Of a DNA stretch of 64,000 nt, positions 29,651 to 42,945 are shown piece after piece. Numbering within the stretch: position 1 is the first letter of the stretch; every line of letters begins with the position of its first letter. This stretch comes from Octopus sinensis (Eukaryota). The notes under the pieces are model-generated. The model was not told where the DNA came from and made no database searches. It saw only the letters and a list, made by a program, of their open reading frames with translations. Where the stretch lies: contig NC_043003.1 in NCBI RefSeq assembly GCF_006345805.1, positions 75,144,001-75,208,000 on the forward strand. The letters are read 5' to 3'. The translations under genes and the position numbers were made by a program.

Positions 29651-29881
29651 ATTGTGGAGAGAACTGTCACTGTGAAAATTCTTTCCATTTTCCCTTTCAT
29701 TTGTTTACTTTTTATCTTCTGTCTTTCGTCTCCTTTTTCTCTGTCACGTGACTTTGTAAACGAACAATCTGGTGTGTTTATTTTTAAAGGCCCACCAATG
29801 CACATTGTACGTTTCTCTGCCCCCAAGTGTCAGGAAGACACTCGGCAAGTATTGCAAACAGAACTGAAAGATGCTAATGAA

Positions 29882-29966
<85 letters not shown>

Positions 29967-29969
29967 TTG

Positions 29970-31210
29970 TCATCTAATGGTGTAGGACTACCGAACAGAG
30001 AAAGAATTAATGATGTTGAGGCAGAGGATATAAGTATCTTAGTAGTTTGAAGTAAGACATCATTAAGGTGAGTGATATGAAGGAAATCTGTAGGCGAATA
30101 TACTTTGGGAGAACCAAATTAATTATGGAGAGTAGACTGAATGGGAAGAACACGATCAGAATAATGGATATGCAGGTTGTCTCGTTAATGTGATATGGTG
30201 CTTTTGGATATGGGCAGAGGATATGGACAGAGATATCTGAAAATGATGACAATGAATAAGGAACTGCAGCACAAAACGGAGTTGATAGAATATATGTACT
30301 CAGAAAGAAGAAAAGGAGAGATCTTATACGGTGTGCTGTAAATGAAGAAAACACTGCTATGTTACGTGAGGCAGCAGGTTGAAATTTTGGTCGTTGCTGT
30401 TAGAATTAGAAAAACGATACCTAGTGGAAATGTGACACACCCAAAAGCATTTAAGATTGAGAATGAAGGCTAGACAATTGGAAAATGAAAACAATGCGTA
30501 GGCAATATTTCAGAGAAATTGAAAAGAATGTTAAGACCTAAGTAATAGGGAACTGAGAGGATGCACTGAGGCATCGTTATGCAGCGCTCACGAACAAACA
30601 TTAAGGACTCATTATACGAAGTTCCAAATAGATAAGTGTAGTCAATTACACTTTTAGGGGATGTGTGGCCGCAAAATCGAAACAGTCACACATATTGAAA
30701 GCTCTGGAAAATGGCTAGACAACGAATGCAAATTTGACCATGATATGATAGCTAACTTTTGTTCATTGGGTCAGAGGTGGGGCATTGAAAGGACATTGAA
30801 ATGATATGAGCAGAGAACGGAAGGCGTCACCAATAAGATTGAATACCAGATCTTGTGGTATTTTACAATCCAGTGTTATTCAGTGGTTGATGCCCGAGAC
30901 GCAACGTTGTTGCAGTTGACGAAATGATGAAGGAAACCGAGATTATTGATACTACCATATCTGGGGTGGGGGGATGAGCAAATGACAAAGGAATGGAAAA
31001 GTTTGAAACGTACAAGACACAAACAAGTGACATGGCACAACTGTCGGCAATGGAGAAGGTAACTCTCATCCCAGTAGTTATAGGGGAACTGGGGGCACTA
31101 GCAACGAGATTTGTGAAATTTGTTTGAGAAATTGCGATTGACATGATGGTAGAACATGATGAGATAACGGTATTATAGGGGACGGAGAGGATTTTGAGAT
31201 TAGCAATTCC
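29970..31210 (+). mobile_element. Old R4/Dong-like LINE remnant
   Basis: YKYL, MCGRKIETVTHI and ...IPVVIGELGAL motifs; follows (TAA)n at 29878-29965. Confidence 0.55.
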
Positions 31211-31399
31211 GTTTTAAGTATCGTGGAAGGAAATGTTTGCCAGCACTTGAAAGAGGCCCTTGACGGAACTTTGTTGTCCGATCTTACAGAATTAACCGGA
31301 GCAGGTGGAATTGAGAGCTTTGGGACGTAAAATGACATCAGTGTTAATAAATTGCAACTAGTGTTAACTGTAGTAACGACAATAGCAGAATTAGCAGCA

Positions 31400-31447
31400 A
31401 CAGCACAAGACTGCAGCAGCAGTAGCAGCAGCAGTAACAGCAGCAGC

Positions 31448-31492
<45 letters not shown>

Positions 31493-31496
31493 GGTG

Positions 31497-31536
<40 letters not shown>

Positions 31537-31559
31537 CAGTAGTAGTAGTAGTGGTGGTG

Positions 31560-31641
<82 letters not shown>

Positions 31642-31645
31642 TGTG
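31400..31645. repeat. Compound (AGC)n/(AGT)n/(GGT)n microsatellite
   Basis: Direct reading; explains the poly-S/G/V and poly-L/P/T ORFs. Confidence 0.95.
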
Positions 31646-31799
31646 TTTGTTGTTATTCGAACATTTATTACAGGAACGTTCATATTCCTCTTGCTGAATA
31701 TAGGGGTAAACAATTAGCTAGTTGGTCTTTCATGTGGAATTTAATTTTAAATAATATTTTAGACTGAACAGTTGGTTGAAATGTTATTATCAGGTTAAT

Positions 31800-32750
31800 G
31801 TATCTGTTCATTTATGACTACTCATTTCTCTTTGTTGATCGTATTATATTCCGAACAATTTTATGTAAGTCTATATCTCACCTTTATAAGGTTCGGCTAT
31901 TAGCATTCAAACCTAGTATGGAGTGAGAGGTATCCATATACCAGCCCATATTCAGCTATACATTTTAGTACTTAATATGCATCTCTTGAAAGTCGTGGCA
32001 TAGTTTCTAGCAGTCTCTGGTTAAATTTTCTCTGCTGTGGTTCAGCTTTCACTTCTTTCATTCGATCGTTAACACAAGTAACAATATAGAGCGATAAACT
32101 GGCGGAGATTTAGACACTGAAATATGTCTTGCATATCTATAAATTCAGATGGAGGACAACGTCATCTGAAAGGACGGTCCTATGATGTATCAGTAATAAA
32201 TTGATGGCCTTTCCTTTGCATCTCCTCGTAGAAGAATATTATATTTGTAATTTATTTAATGTTGAAATTGTTGTTTTCTATATCGAATCGAGATGATGAT
32301 TTACATACTTTTTCCACATACTCTGTAAAGCATTTCCGATGTTCGTTTAAGTTGTAGAGTGTCTTCATGCACTACAAAGTCTATTTTTATGGGACGTCAA
32401 TAGCACTACAAAGTATATTTTTATAGGACATCGAGTGCTTGAGGTACCTGCCGTTCTGAATCTAGACTGTGACATCCGACAACATCACAAGTATTTTTAG
32501 TATGTAAGATGAAAGTATTGTGTTTTGGTAGAGCAGAAAACAAACGTTCAGCTGTTCGTATTTTCCTGACCGAACAGCAATAACTCCATTAATTTCAGTG
32601 TTATATGTTAAACGCTCAGCTGGAAAACATTGGACCAGCTTTCCGAAAGCAGAGCATTGGAACTTGTCAAATGAAATTTTGTGAATGTACATACAGCTTG
32701 TCCATTTATATAAAACAAATGATTTTGGGTTTTTTTTCTTTAGAAGAGAA
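31800..32750 (-). mobile_element. Highly decayed CR1/L2-like LINE RT remnant
   Basis: Weak VPQ, (FADD)KTLY-like and EPQQRKF motifs in the expected order. Confidence 0.35.
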
Positions 32751-33451
32751 TATTGTGTTTGTTTTTTCGAGTGAGGTTCCATGACAATGGAAATGGATAG
32801 ATAGAATTATACTGATCAAAAATTTCCCTCCAAAATTGAATGTTTGGAAGGTGAGACAGTACATTTTTTTATTCTAAGTATAACCCAAAGACGAGAAAAA
32901 AAAGAAGGAAAGGGGAAGAGAGAAAGAAAGAAAAATGACTTTCAGTCATTACCAAACCTTACCAGTTTTTTTTAAGAGGTCGCCATTTTAAAACCCATTC
33001 AAATACAATGGTAAAGGACAAATTATTAACAAAATATATATGAATAGGACGAGGGTAGCCCTTCTATCTCTCTCCCTCTACCTATCTGTATATCTGTCTG
33101 AGTTTCTATCTATCTATATATCTATCTATCTATCAACCTATCTACCTACCTATTTTTCTATCTATTCATCTCCATTGCCATGGAACCTAATCCCCCGAAA
33201 AAACAAAAGAAAAACATTGTTGTCTCCTAAACAAAAAAGGCCCCAAGACATATGTTTCATATAAATGAACAATCTGTTTGTACATTCACAAAATTTTAAA
33301 TGACAAGTTTGAGAAAGGAACGAAAGCGTTATAATAATGAAGAAAGAAAAAGAGTTTTTTTCTAAAATTCTGACGAATTTTTTCTCAATATTCAATTTCT
33401 GTACATCGTACTACACACACACACACACACACACCACACACACACACACAC

Positions 33452-33493
<42 letters not shown>

Positions 33494-33503
33494 TTGTGTA
33501 TAT

Positions 33504-33570
<67 letters not shown>

Positions 33571-35367
33571 TTGTGTATATATATATATATACATACACAA
33601 ATGTATTTTTATTTCGGTGTATTTGTATTTCATTCAATATCGTTGTATATGCTACTTATTCACTGCCACACTTCATTCCTATTGAAATTATCAACACAAT
33701 CTACAGGTTATACGAGGTGAGCTAGACTGCACATTACAAATCTAAGCAGCCTGACAATATAATATAGGAATGATTAATTGCTAAGGGGATTTGCAGTGTA
33801 CTCTTAGGTGTAGCATTGTATATATATATACATACTTACATATATAGAGATAGATAGATAGATATATAGATAGACAGATAGATACATATATATATATGTG
33901 TGTGTGTGTGTGTTATGTATGTATACATACACACACACTCATGCACACACACGCATACGCATACACATATACACTATAATCAGTGATTGTGAAACTGGGC
34001 ACAGAGAATATATAGATTTGAACTCAATTTGATTTGAAAATATCTTTCACTCAAAATCTCGTAATATTTAAAGATTTTCACTTGTTACCTCTGAGTATCT
34101 ATCCAAGACGGTGAGATAGCTATAACTTAATTTCGCTATGTACGAAAGTCAAAATTCTTAAAGTATTGAAAAAAATGTAAAACATAGAAAATAGAAACTA
34201 AAATTTCCCATACGTTGAGGTTAACTTCCTCGAGCTGTCAGAAGTAGCCATAACGTGCAGAGATGAGGTTTGTCAGGTCTCTGGGGTTGTTGGTCTTGCA
34301 CGCGAATTTAGGTTATTTTTGAGTTTTTATTGCAGTACGTACAGTTGTTATTATGATTATATTAGTTTTCTGTCATTTGTAAAATCTCCAACGATCACTC
34401 TTGGAATTGTCGTTATAGGCTATGTTGGATATCTGCCAAAGCAGAACAAAGGGTACAATATATGTAAACGTTTAACGACATCAACAACAATATTGCCACA
34501 GATTTGGCAATTAACATATATTTCTACTTTTTCATTTTTATTGTCTTGGCACACATCTATGCAATAAAAGATTGCCAATCAAGAGAGAAAATGCTCGTCC
34601 TATAATTTAGATGATACTTCATGAGGGAGAAGTATTTCGAAAATACCTTTATGATAATAGCACCTAGGCTAATGGAAGCGTTAATAGTAGGAACTTGGTT
34701 ACAAGGACAAGGTTACGTTATCAGTCTTCCTGTTGGTTGGAATCTTTCTCAGCGTATAATTTTGGCGAATCTCATTAATAACAGAGACATGAAACACAAA
34801 GTGAAATTTAGTTTAGGAAATATAATTAAACATTTCAGTCAATTTGAAATTCTAGAGTTTAGCGCCTTTAAGAAACGTCGATTAATCATGTCTCGGAGTG
34901 TAAGTTTTATAATTCTCCGTTAATCGATTCTAGTACGTAGTTCGAAATGTTCTAGCTTGCTTTAAATGATCTATTGATAAAACTACTTTTTCAGAGGTGG
35001 CATGTGTGCACCACATGGGTCTTTGCAAATAAATGGTGTGAAATATTTAATAGCCAATCATTAGCATGGGACTTGCAAGCCGGCAAACATTAAAATCAGT
35101 TGTCGAAATTACTGCTCACATTGCATAACATATGAGAGAATAATAATATACTATTATTTACTACACCAAAAGTTTGCTTTTACATGTCGTTGTCATTTAT
35201 TGCTAGAAATCTACAGACAACTGTGATTTGTTAACGACAACATTCAGTCTGTTCGCAGGTGAGTAACACAGGACCTGCTACAGACATAGAATTTTAATAT
35301 AATTTCATCAACGAGAATGATATTCTAGACTAGACTATATATGTATGTATGCATATGTGTATGTATG

Positions 35368-35421
<54 letters not shown>

Positions 35422-35427
<6 letters not shown>

Positions 35428-36083
35428 GAAGGTTTGAAAATGCAATTTTAAAAGATGTTTATTTACTTGAACGGTTTCACTTCTTTAGAAAAATATTGTC
35501 AAGGGTAACATGTAAGAGCTTGGTTATGTTAAATACTGGTTGTCACAAAATATTACAATATATATATACATTCTTTGATAATGATGAGAACATGTTAAAA
35601 ACAGTTTAGAAGGGAAAATGTTGAGAAAATATAAAAAAAGTCTAACAAGTTCATTAAAATATTGGGCACAAAAGATTACAATATATATATATTGGGATCA
35701 CGTGGATGAGAAAGGCGCAATGTGACCAGCGGTGTCAAATGGACGCCTGACGGACTGGTCGCTCAAAGTGATCAAAGTGATATATATGTATATACATTCT
35801 TAAGAAATTTTAAAAACAGCTTACAGAAAGAATTATTAAAAAAGTTCAGAGGGATATTCATATTATATCTGTATATATAAACACAGAAAATTATAAGTTC
35901 AAAAAGGTTACATTTTATTATTATAGTTTTAACTGATCTGATTCACCATATTATCGTAAAAGACTATTTTCTATTTCAAGGGACAGTTTTACATGTTACT
36001 TTTGACAATCTTTTTCTAAAAAAGTGAAACCTGTCAAGTAAATAAACATCTTTTAAAGTTGCATTTTCAGACATTCTTTCATA
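35422..36083. repeat. Fold-back element with ~95-bp imperfect inverted arms between (TA)n tracts
   Basis: ATGAAAGAAGGTTTGAAAATGCAATTTTAAAAGATGTTTATTTACTTGA... is matched in reverse at 35988-36083. Confidence 0.75.
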
Positions 36084-36120
36084 TATAATTCCACTCGTAC
36101 GGTACCTTACTACTCCACTT

Positions 36121-36393
<273 letters not shown>

Positions 36394-36736
36394 AATGAGG
36401 TAGAGTCAACAAGAAGGAGCAGATATGGACAGTTATTTTGTAATGTGTACACATGTTCCCATACAACATAGTTCTTCATATATAGATGAATTTCATTGTT
36501 TAAAGGTTTACCTGTATAACGGGTTACATTTGCATTTATTCAGGTGATACTGTATTGCTGTCCCCGCTAGTTACAACACCTTCAACTTCGAGGCTAACAG
36601 TTTTATTTTCACACATGATGAATGCCCAAATCTAGACTTCGAAATATATCGTAAATCTACCAGCTATTTGGTAATTCTAAGGGTGAACATGTTCTATTAT
36701 GTATCCTTTATATTCTTAAGGGAATGTACCTGAAAA

Positions 36737-36778
<42 letters not shown>

Positions 36779-37301
36779 GAAGACATACGCACACACCACA
36801 AACACACGCACAAACTTATGCATGTAATCATATAATATTATATAAGTATACATGTCATCATTTAGTTTTATTTCAAGATTTCTTGCCAATAGAGAAAGAG
36901 CACATTTTCAAACTAGATCCAAGGCTCCATCATTGGAATTTCAACATCAATAACAGGGTATTTTTTAGGTACATATGTAAGTATGTTTGTATGTATGTAT
37001 GTATGTATGTATGTATGTATGTATGTATGCATGTATGTATGTATATATGCGTGTGTGTAAGTGTGTGTGTATTCGTAATACTACGTTTCATAATGGAAAT
37101 ATTTTTCTGTGAAATATTTTATGAAAACGACAGTATTTTGTAAATCTGTTATATATGTATATACATACAACCAACTATCCATCCATATATCTATATTTAT
37201 AGGTGTCTATATGTACTTATCAGTACATTGTACACACACAAACACACAGAGACACAGACACACACACATACACTTACATATATAATATATATACACACAC
37301 A

Positions 37302-37423
<122 letters not shown>

Positions 37424-38266
37424 ATTTATTCAGATGAAAAATGAGTTCATGTCTTACGGGAATTGTTGTCTAGATTTCCAATTTCGTATATTCGTAAGAA
37501 TGTATTTAAGCAAAAATATCATTAAAAGAGATGATTCATTAAACGTTACATCTAATAAAATGACCTGAAGCAGTTTTTTTTTGTTACTTATGGATTTCTT
37601 AATTCATTATTTAATACTTCCAGACAGCTGTTTCTGTATAAAAGGGGACAATAACATAATTTTTTTTAAATAATTACAAATATGTCTATTATACGGTAAT
37701 TTCTTTTCGAACTTCATACGTATTATTTGATTAAAATTAAAGTAAATTTAAAATCAGTACTTTGAGTTTTTCTTCACTATCATAATGTAAAAGGTCTTAG
37801 TTCCTTAAACTTGTAATTCAGTAATAGGGATATATAAACAAATATTGTAATTTTTTTTTCTTTCTTCTATGTGTTATTTTTACTCTTAATCCCTCCCTGC
37901 TATAAATAGATAGATAAATAAATAAATAAATAAATATATGTCCTTTATATCTAACATAGTTGTCAAAAGAAAGGCAAGTATATATACAAATATACTACCG
38001 AAAAAGGATCTACATCTTATGTCAAATCAGACTTACATTTACTAACTGTTATCTATCAGAGCACACATACATTTTATCTCTGTTTTATAGTTTTGCACAC
38101 AAAGAAATAACGATATCTATCGTATTTTCGGTTCATTATATGTGATAATTAGTAATTATTACTGGTATGAAATTACAGTAATAATCTAAAATAATTCATA
38201 GTTATATATATATATATATTATATATATGTGTGTGTATATATATATATATATATAATTATATAATA

Positions 38267-38335
<69 letters not shown>

Positions 38336-38542
38336 ATAAATATCAATGTGATTTATATACAGTAGCGGTAACACAACGTGACGTATTTTTGCCATTTCAA
38401 TATGGCTAACCCCAAAGGGTGGATGCTACTGTAGTTTTTAGCCCCAGGAGGACACACTCCTCCAGCTGGCCATAGACACACTTTCTGTGTCCTGTCAGTA
38501 TTTGCAAAGGGAAGTCATCCTTCCCGTCTTCAACTTATGATA

Positions 38543-38587
38543 CACACGGACTCGAGTTTCGAGGTATTGACCTCTCGTCAGCGTGTG
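38543..38587 (-). ncRNA. Type I hammerhead ribozyme (inverted unit)
   Basis: Minus strand CACACG-CTGACGA-GAGGT-CAAT-ACCTC-GAA-ACTCGAGT-C-CGTGTG. Confidence 0.9.
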
Positions 38588-38830
38588 ACAATCATAGTTG
38601 TCGCCGAGAATTAGATTTCCTTCACAAATACTTATACTTTTTCCAGCGTCCACTGTCGCTGATATTGAAATGGCAAAAATACGTCACGTTGTGTTACCGC
38701 TACTGTATATAACTCACATTGATATTTATCATTGTTTGATTTCACTTTTTCAATATCAGCGACAGTGGACGCTGGAAAAAGTATAAGTATTTGTGAAGGA
38801 AATCTAATTCTCGGCGACAACTATGATTGT

Positions 38831-38875
38831 CACACGCTGACGAGAGGTCAATACCTCGAAACTCGAGTCCGTGTG
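38831..38875 (+). ncRNA. Type I hammerhead ribozyme (direct unit 1)
   Basis: Perfect 6-bp stem I, CUGACGA core, 5-bp stem II, GAAA, palindromic stem III; GUC site, cleavage after 38869. Confidence 0.92.
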
Positions 38876-39183
38876 TATCATAAGTTGAAGACGGGAAGGA
38901 TGACTTACCTTTGCAAATACTGACAGGACACAGAAAGTGTGTCTATGGCCAGCTGGAGGAGTGTGTCCTCCTGGGGCTAAAAACTACAGTAGCATCCACC
39001 CTTTGGGGTTAGCCATATTGAAATGGCAAAAATACGTCACGCTGTGTTACCGCTACTGTATATAACTCACATTGATATTTGTCATTGTTTGATTTCACTT
39101 TTTCAATATCAGCGACAGTGGACGCTGGAAAAAGTATAAGTATTTGTGAAGGAAATCTAATTCTCGGCGACAACTATGATTGT

Positions 39184-39228
39184 CACACGCTGACGAGAGG
39201 TCAATACCTCGAAACTCGAGTCCGTGTG
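39184..39228 (+). ncRNA. Type I hammerhead ribozyme (direct unit 2)
   Basis: Identical to 38831-38875; cleavage predicted after 39222. Confidence 0.92.
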
Positions 39229-39395
39229 TATCATAAGTTGAAGACGGGAAGGATAACTTCCCTTTGCAAATACTGACAGGACACAGAAAGTGTGTCTATG
39301 GCCAGCTGGAGGAGTGTGTCCTCCTGGGGCTAAAAACTACAGTAGCATCCACCCTTTGGGGTTAGCCATATTGAAATGGCAAAAATACGTCACGT

Positions 39396-39449
<54 letters not shown>

Positions 39450-39456
39450 CGCATGA

Positions 39457-39532
<76 letters not shown>

Positions 39533-39535
<3 letters not shown>

Positions 39536-39935
39536 GGCGCATGAGTGTCTGTGTGGTAAGTAGCTTGCTAACCAACCACATGGTTCCGGGTTCAGTCCCA
39601 CTGCGTGGCATCTTGTGCAAATGTCTTCTGCTATAGCACCGGGCCGACCAATGCCTTGTGAGTGGATTTGGTAGACGGAAACTGAAAGAAGCGTATCGTA
39701 TATATGTATATATATATATATGTGTGTATGTGTGTGTGTTTGTGTTTGTCCCCCTAGCATTGCTTGACAACCGATGCTGGGGTGTTTACGTCCCCGTCAC
39801 CTAGCGGTTCAGCAAAAGAGACCGATAAAATAAGTACTGGGCTTACAAAGAATAAGTCCCGGGGTCGAATTGCTCGACTAAAGGCGGTGCTTCAGCATGG
39901 CCACAGTCAAATGACTGAAACAAATAAAAGAGTAG
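39533..39935 (+). mobile_element. tRNA-derived SINE (family A), interrupted by (TA)/(TG) repeats
   Basis: GGCGCATGAGTGTCTGTGTGGTAAG...CCGGGTTCAGTCCCACTG head; 3' end ...CAGTCAAATGACTGAAACAAATAAAAG. Confidence 0.8.
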
Positions 39936-39946
39936 AAGATTAAAGA

Positions 39947-39978
<32 letters not shown>

Positions 39979-40049
39979 CTGCAATACTTAGTCAAGAGAA
40001 TATCTCAGTATTAATATATATTTTATGTTTAAAAACATACTTATAACTA

Positions 40050-42139
40050 TGAAAATTTTGGGTAAAATTTTCTGTGAAAATTTTCCAAAAATTTTGGGTA
40101 AAATCTACGGTGAAAACTTTCGAAAAATTTTTGGGTAAAATTTTTGATGAAAATTTTGGAAAATTTTCGGTAAAATTTTCCGTGAAAATTTTGGAAAAAT
40201 TAATGGGTAAAATTTTTGAAAAATTTTTAGCAAAATTCTCGGAGAAAATTTTTGAGAAAGATTTGAGTAAAATTTTCGTTGAAAATTTTGGAAAAATTCT
40301 TGGGTAAAATTTTCGGTAAAAATTTTCGTAAAATTTTTAGGGAAAATTTTCCAAAAATTTTTGGGAAAAGATTCGGACAAAATTTTTGAAATATTTTTGG
40401 GTAAACTTTTCCGTGAAAATTTTTGAAAAATGTTCGGGTCAAAATTTTGGAAAAATGTCTGCTCAAAACTTTTTCGAGAAAATTTTCGAAAAATTGTTTG
40501 GTAAAATTTTCGGTGAAAATTTTCCAAAAATTCTTTGGTAAAATTTTCGGTCAAAAGTTTTGAAAAATTCTTGGGTAAAATTTTCGGTGAAAATTTTCGA
40601 AAGATTTTTGGGTAAAATTTTCGTTGAAAATTTTTGAAAAATTTTTAGGAAACTTCTCGGTGAAAATTTTCGGGAAATTCTTTGGTAAAATTTTCGGTGA
40701 AAATTTTTGAAAAAGCTTTGGGTAAAATTTCTGAAAAATTTTTAGGTAAAATTTTCGGTGAAAAGTTTGGAAAAATTTTTGGGTAAAATTCTCGGTGAAA
40801 GTCTTCGAAAAATTTTTGGGTAAAATTTTCGGTGAAAGATTTGGAAAATTTTCTGTCAAATTTTCGGTGAAAATTTTTGAAAAATTTATGGGTTCGTATG
40901 AAAATTTTTGAAAAATGTTCGGGTGAAAATGTTTGAAAAATGTTCGGATGAAAATTTTGGAAAAATGTTCGGATGAAAAATGTTCGGTTGAAAAATTTTT
41001 GGAGAAAATTTTCGGTGAAAATTTTCGAAAAATTCTTTGGTTAAATTTTCGGTGAAAACTCTGCAAAAATTTTTGGGTAAAATTTTCGGTGAAAATTTTT
41101 GAAAAATTTTTGGGTAAAATCTTCGATGAAAATTTTTGAAAAATTTTTAGGAAAATTCCCGGTGAAAATCTTGGAGAAGTTCTTGGGTAAAATTTTCGTT
41201 GAAAATTTTTGAAAAAGTTTTGCGTAAAATTTTCGAAAAATTTTTTGGTAAAATTTTCCGTGAAAATTTTTGAAAAATTTATGGGTAAAATGTTCGTATG
41301 AAAATTTTTGAAAAATGTTCGGGTGAAAATTTTTGAAAAATGTTCGGATAAAAATTTTGGAAAAATGTTCGGATGAAAAATGTTCGGTTGAAAAATTTTT
41401 CGAGAAAATTTTCGGTGAAAATTTTCGAAAAATTTTTGGGTAAAATTTTCGGTGAAAATTTTTGAAAAATTTTTAGGAAAATTCCCGGTGAAAAACTTGG
41501 AGAAGTTCTTGGGTAAAATTTTCGTTGAAAATTTTTGAAAAAGTTTTGCGTAAAATTTTCGAAAAATTTTTGGGTAAAATTTTCCGTGAAAATTTTGGAA
41601 AATTTTGTATAAAATTTTCGGTAAAAATTTGGGAAAAATTTATGGGAAATATTTTCGGTAAAAATATTTGAAAAATGTTCGGGAGAAAATTTTTGAAAAA
41701 TGTTCGCATGAAAAATGTTCGGTTCAAAAAGTTTTCGAGAAAATTTTCGGTGAAAATTTGGGAAAAATTTATGGGAAATATTTTCGGTAAAAATATTTGA
41801 AAAATGTTCGGGAGAAAATTTTTGAAAAATGTTCGCATGAAAAATGTTCGGTTCAAAAAGTTTTCGAGAAAATTTTCGGTGAAAATTTTCGAAAAATTCT
41901 TTGGCTAAATTTTCGGTGGAAACTGTAAAAATTTTTGTGTAAAATTTTTGGGTAAAATTTTCGGTGAAAATTTTTGAAAAATTTTTAGGAAATTTCTCGG
42001 TGAAAATTTTCGGGAAATTCTTTGGTAAAATTTTCGGTGAAAATTTTTGAAAAAGTTTTGGGTAAAATTTCTGAAAAATTTTTAGGTAAAATTTTCGGTG
42101 AAAAGTTTTCGAAAAATTTTTGGGTAAAATTTTCGGTGA
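40050..42139. repeat. ~2.1-kb degenerate satellite of phased AAAATTTT quasi-palindromes
   Basis: Typical higher-order unit GGGTAAAATTTTCGGTGAAAATTTTTGAAAAATTTTT (~37 bp, three ~12-bp subunits) with larger internal block duplications. Confidence 0.9.
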
Positions 42140-42355
42140 CATATACAGGTAATACGTACCTACTAGAAATAAAACATTGCACGATCATGAGCATTTTATA
42201 CCGAGAAACGTACATTGTTTTAAATAATGATCCCTATTGTCATTATCACTTACTTAGAATTTTTATTCTAGTGTGTTGCTTGCTATTTACCAACTATCAA
42301 ACACTTTGAATATGTATATTATTTGTTATCTACTCTATACTGACTTTATGAAAAA

Positions 42356-42664
42356 CTAGGTTTTACAGAACATAGATAATTTGAATTTCTCCTCTCCCTC
42401 TATGTCACTCCTTTGTGTTCCCACTTTTACGGTACGTCGCCAATCTCCACGGTTGGTGGCAACTGCCTCCCAGTTGGTAATATTGATGTTGCAGGCATTC
42501 ATGTCCCTTTTGCAAACATCCTTGTATCGTAAAAACGGTCTTCCCACAGACCTAGTGCCCCTAGCAAGCTCTCCGTTGAGTATGTCCTTGGGGATTCTGC
42601 CATCTTCCATTCGGCTATCATGTCGAAGCCATGTCATACGTCTTTGTGTGAGGAGTGTAAACAT
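42356..42664 (-). mobile_element. RTE (BovB-like) LINE C-terminal fragment
   Basis: RMEDGRIPKDILNGELARGTRSVGRPFLRYKDVCKRDM...WEAVATNRGDWR. Confidence 0.88.
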
Positions 42665-42841
42665 GCAAAAACGAAAATAGTTAATCTAGATATTGAATAT
42701 CCAGAGAGAGAGAGAGAGAGAGAAAGAGGGGGGAGGAGAAGAGAGAGAGACATACATACATATGCAGAAATAAAAAATATTTTTTTAAAAATTAAATAAA
42801 AAGGTATAGATAGACATATAGATAGATAGATAGATAGATAG

Positions 42842-42915
<74 letters not shown>

Positions 42916-42945
42916 TAGATAGATAGATAGATAGATATATAGATA

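Larger units (their letters stand above)
38336..39397 (+). mobile_element. Retrozyme-like array: 353-bp units (two direct, one partial, one inverted), each full unit with a type I HHR
   Basis: TTGAAATGGCAAAAATACG recurs at 38665, 39018 and 39371; 38336-38670 is a reverse-complement copy; very few differences; (TA)n on both flanks. Confidence 0.85.

Noticed and set aside
31078-31717. 211-aa and 121-aa ORFs with poly-T/L/P and poly-S/G/V
   Set aside because: Read-through of a compound trinucleotide microsatellite.
38598-39276. Repeated 62-65-aa ORFs in the 353-bp unit
   Set aside because: Short with no recognisable domain; they recur only because the DNA is repeated.
38336-39397. CRISPR-like or plain satellite interpretation of the array
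   Set aside because: No unique spacers or cas genes and the context is eukaryotic; the embedded intact HHRs point to a retrozyme-type repeat.
40105-42142. ORFs up to 287 aa rich in K/F/I/N
   Set aside because: Artefact of the AAAATTTT satellite; no domain and open in several frames.
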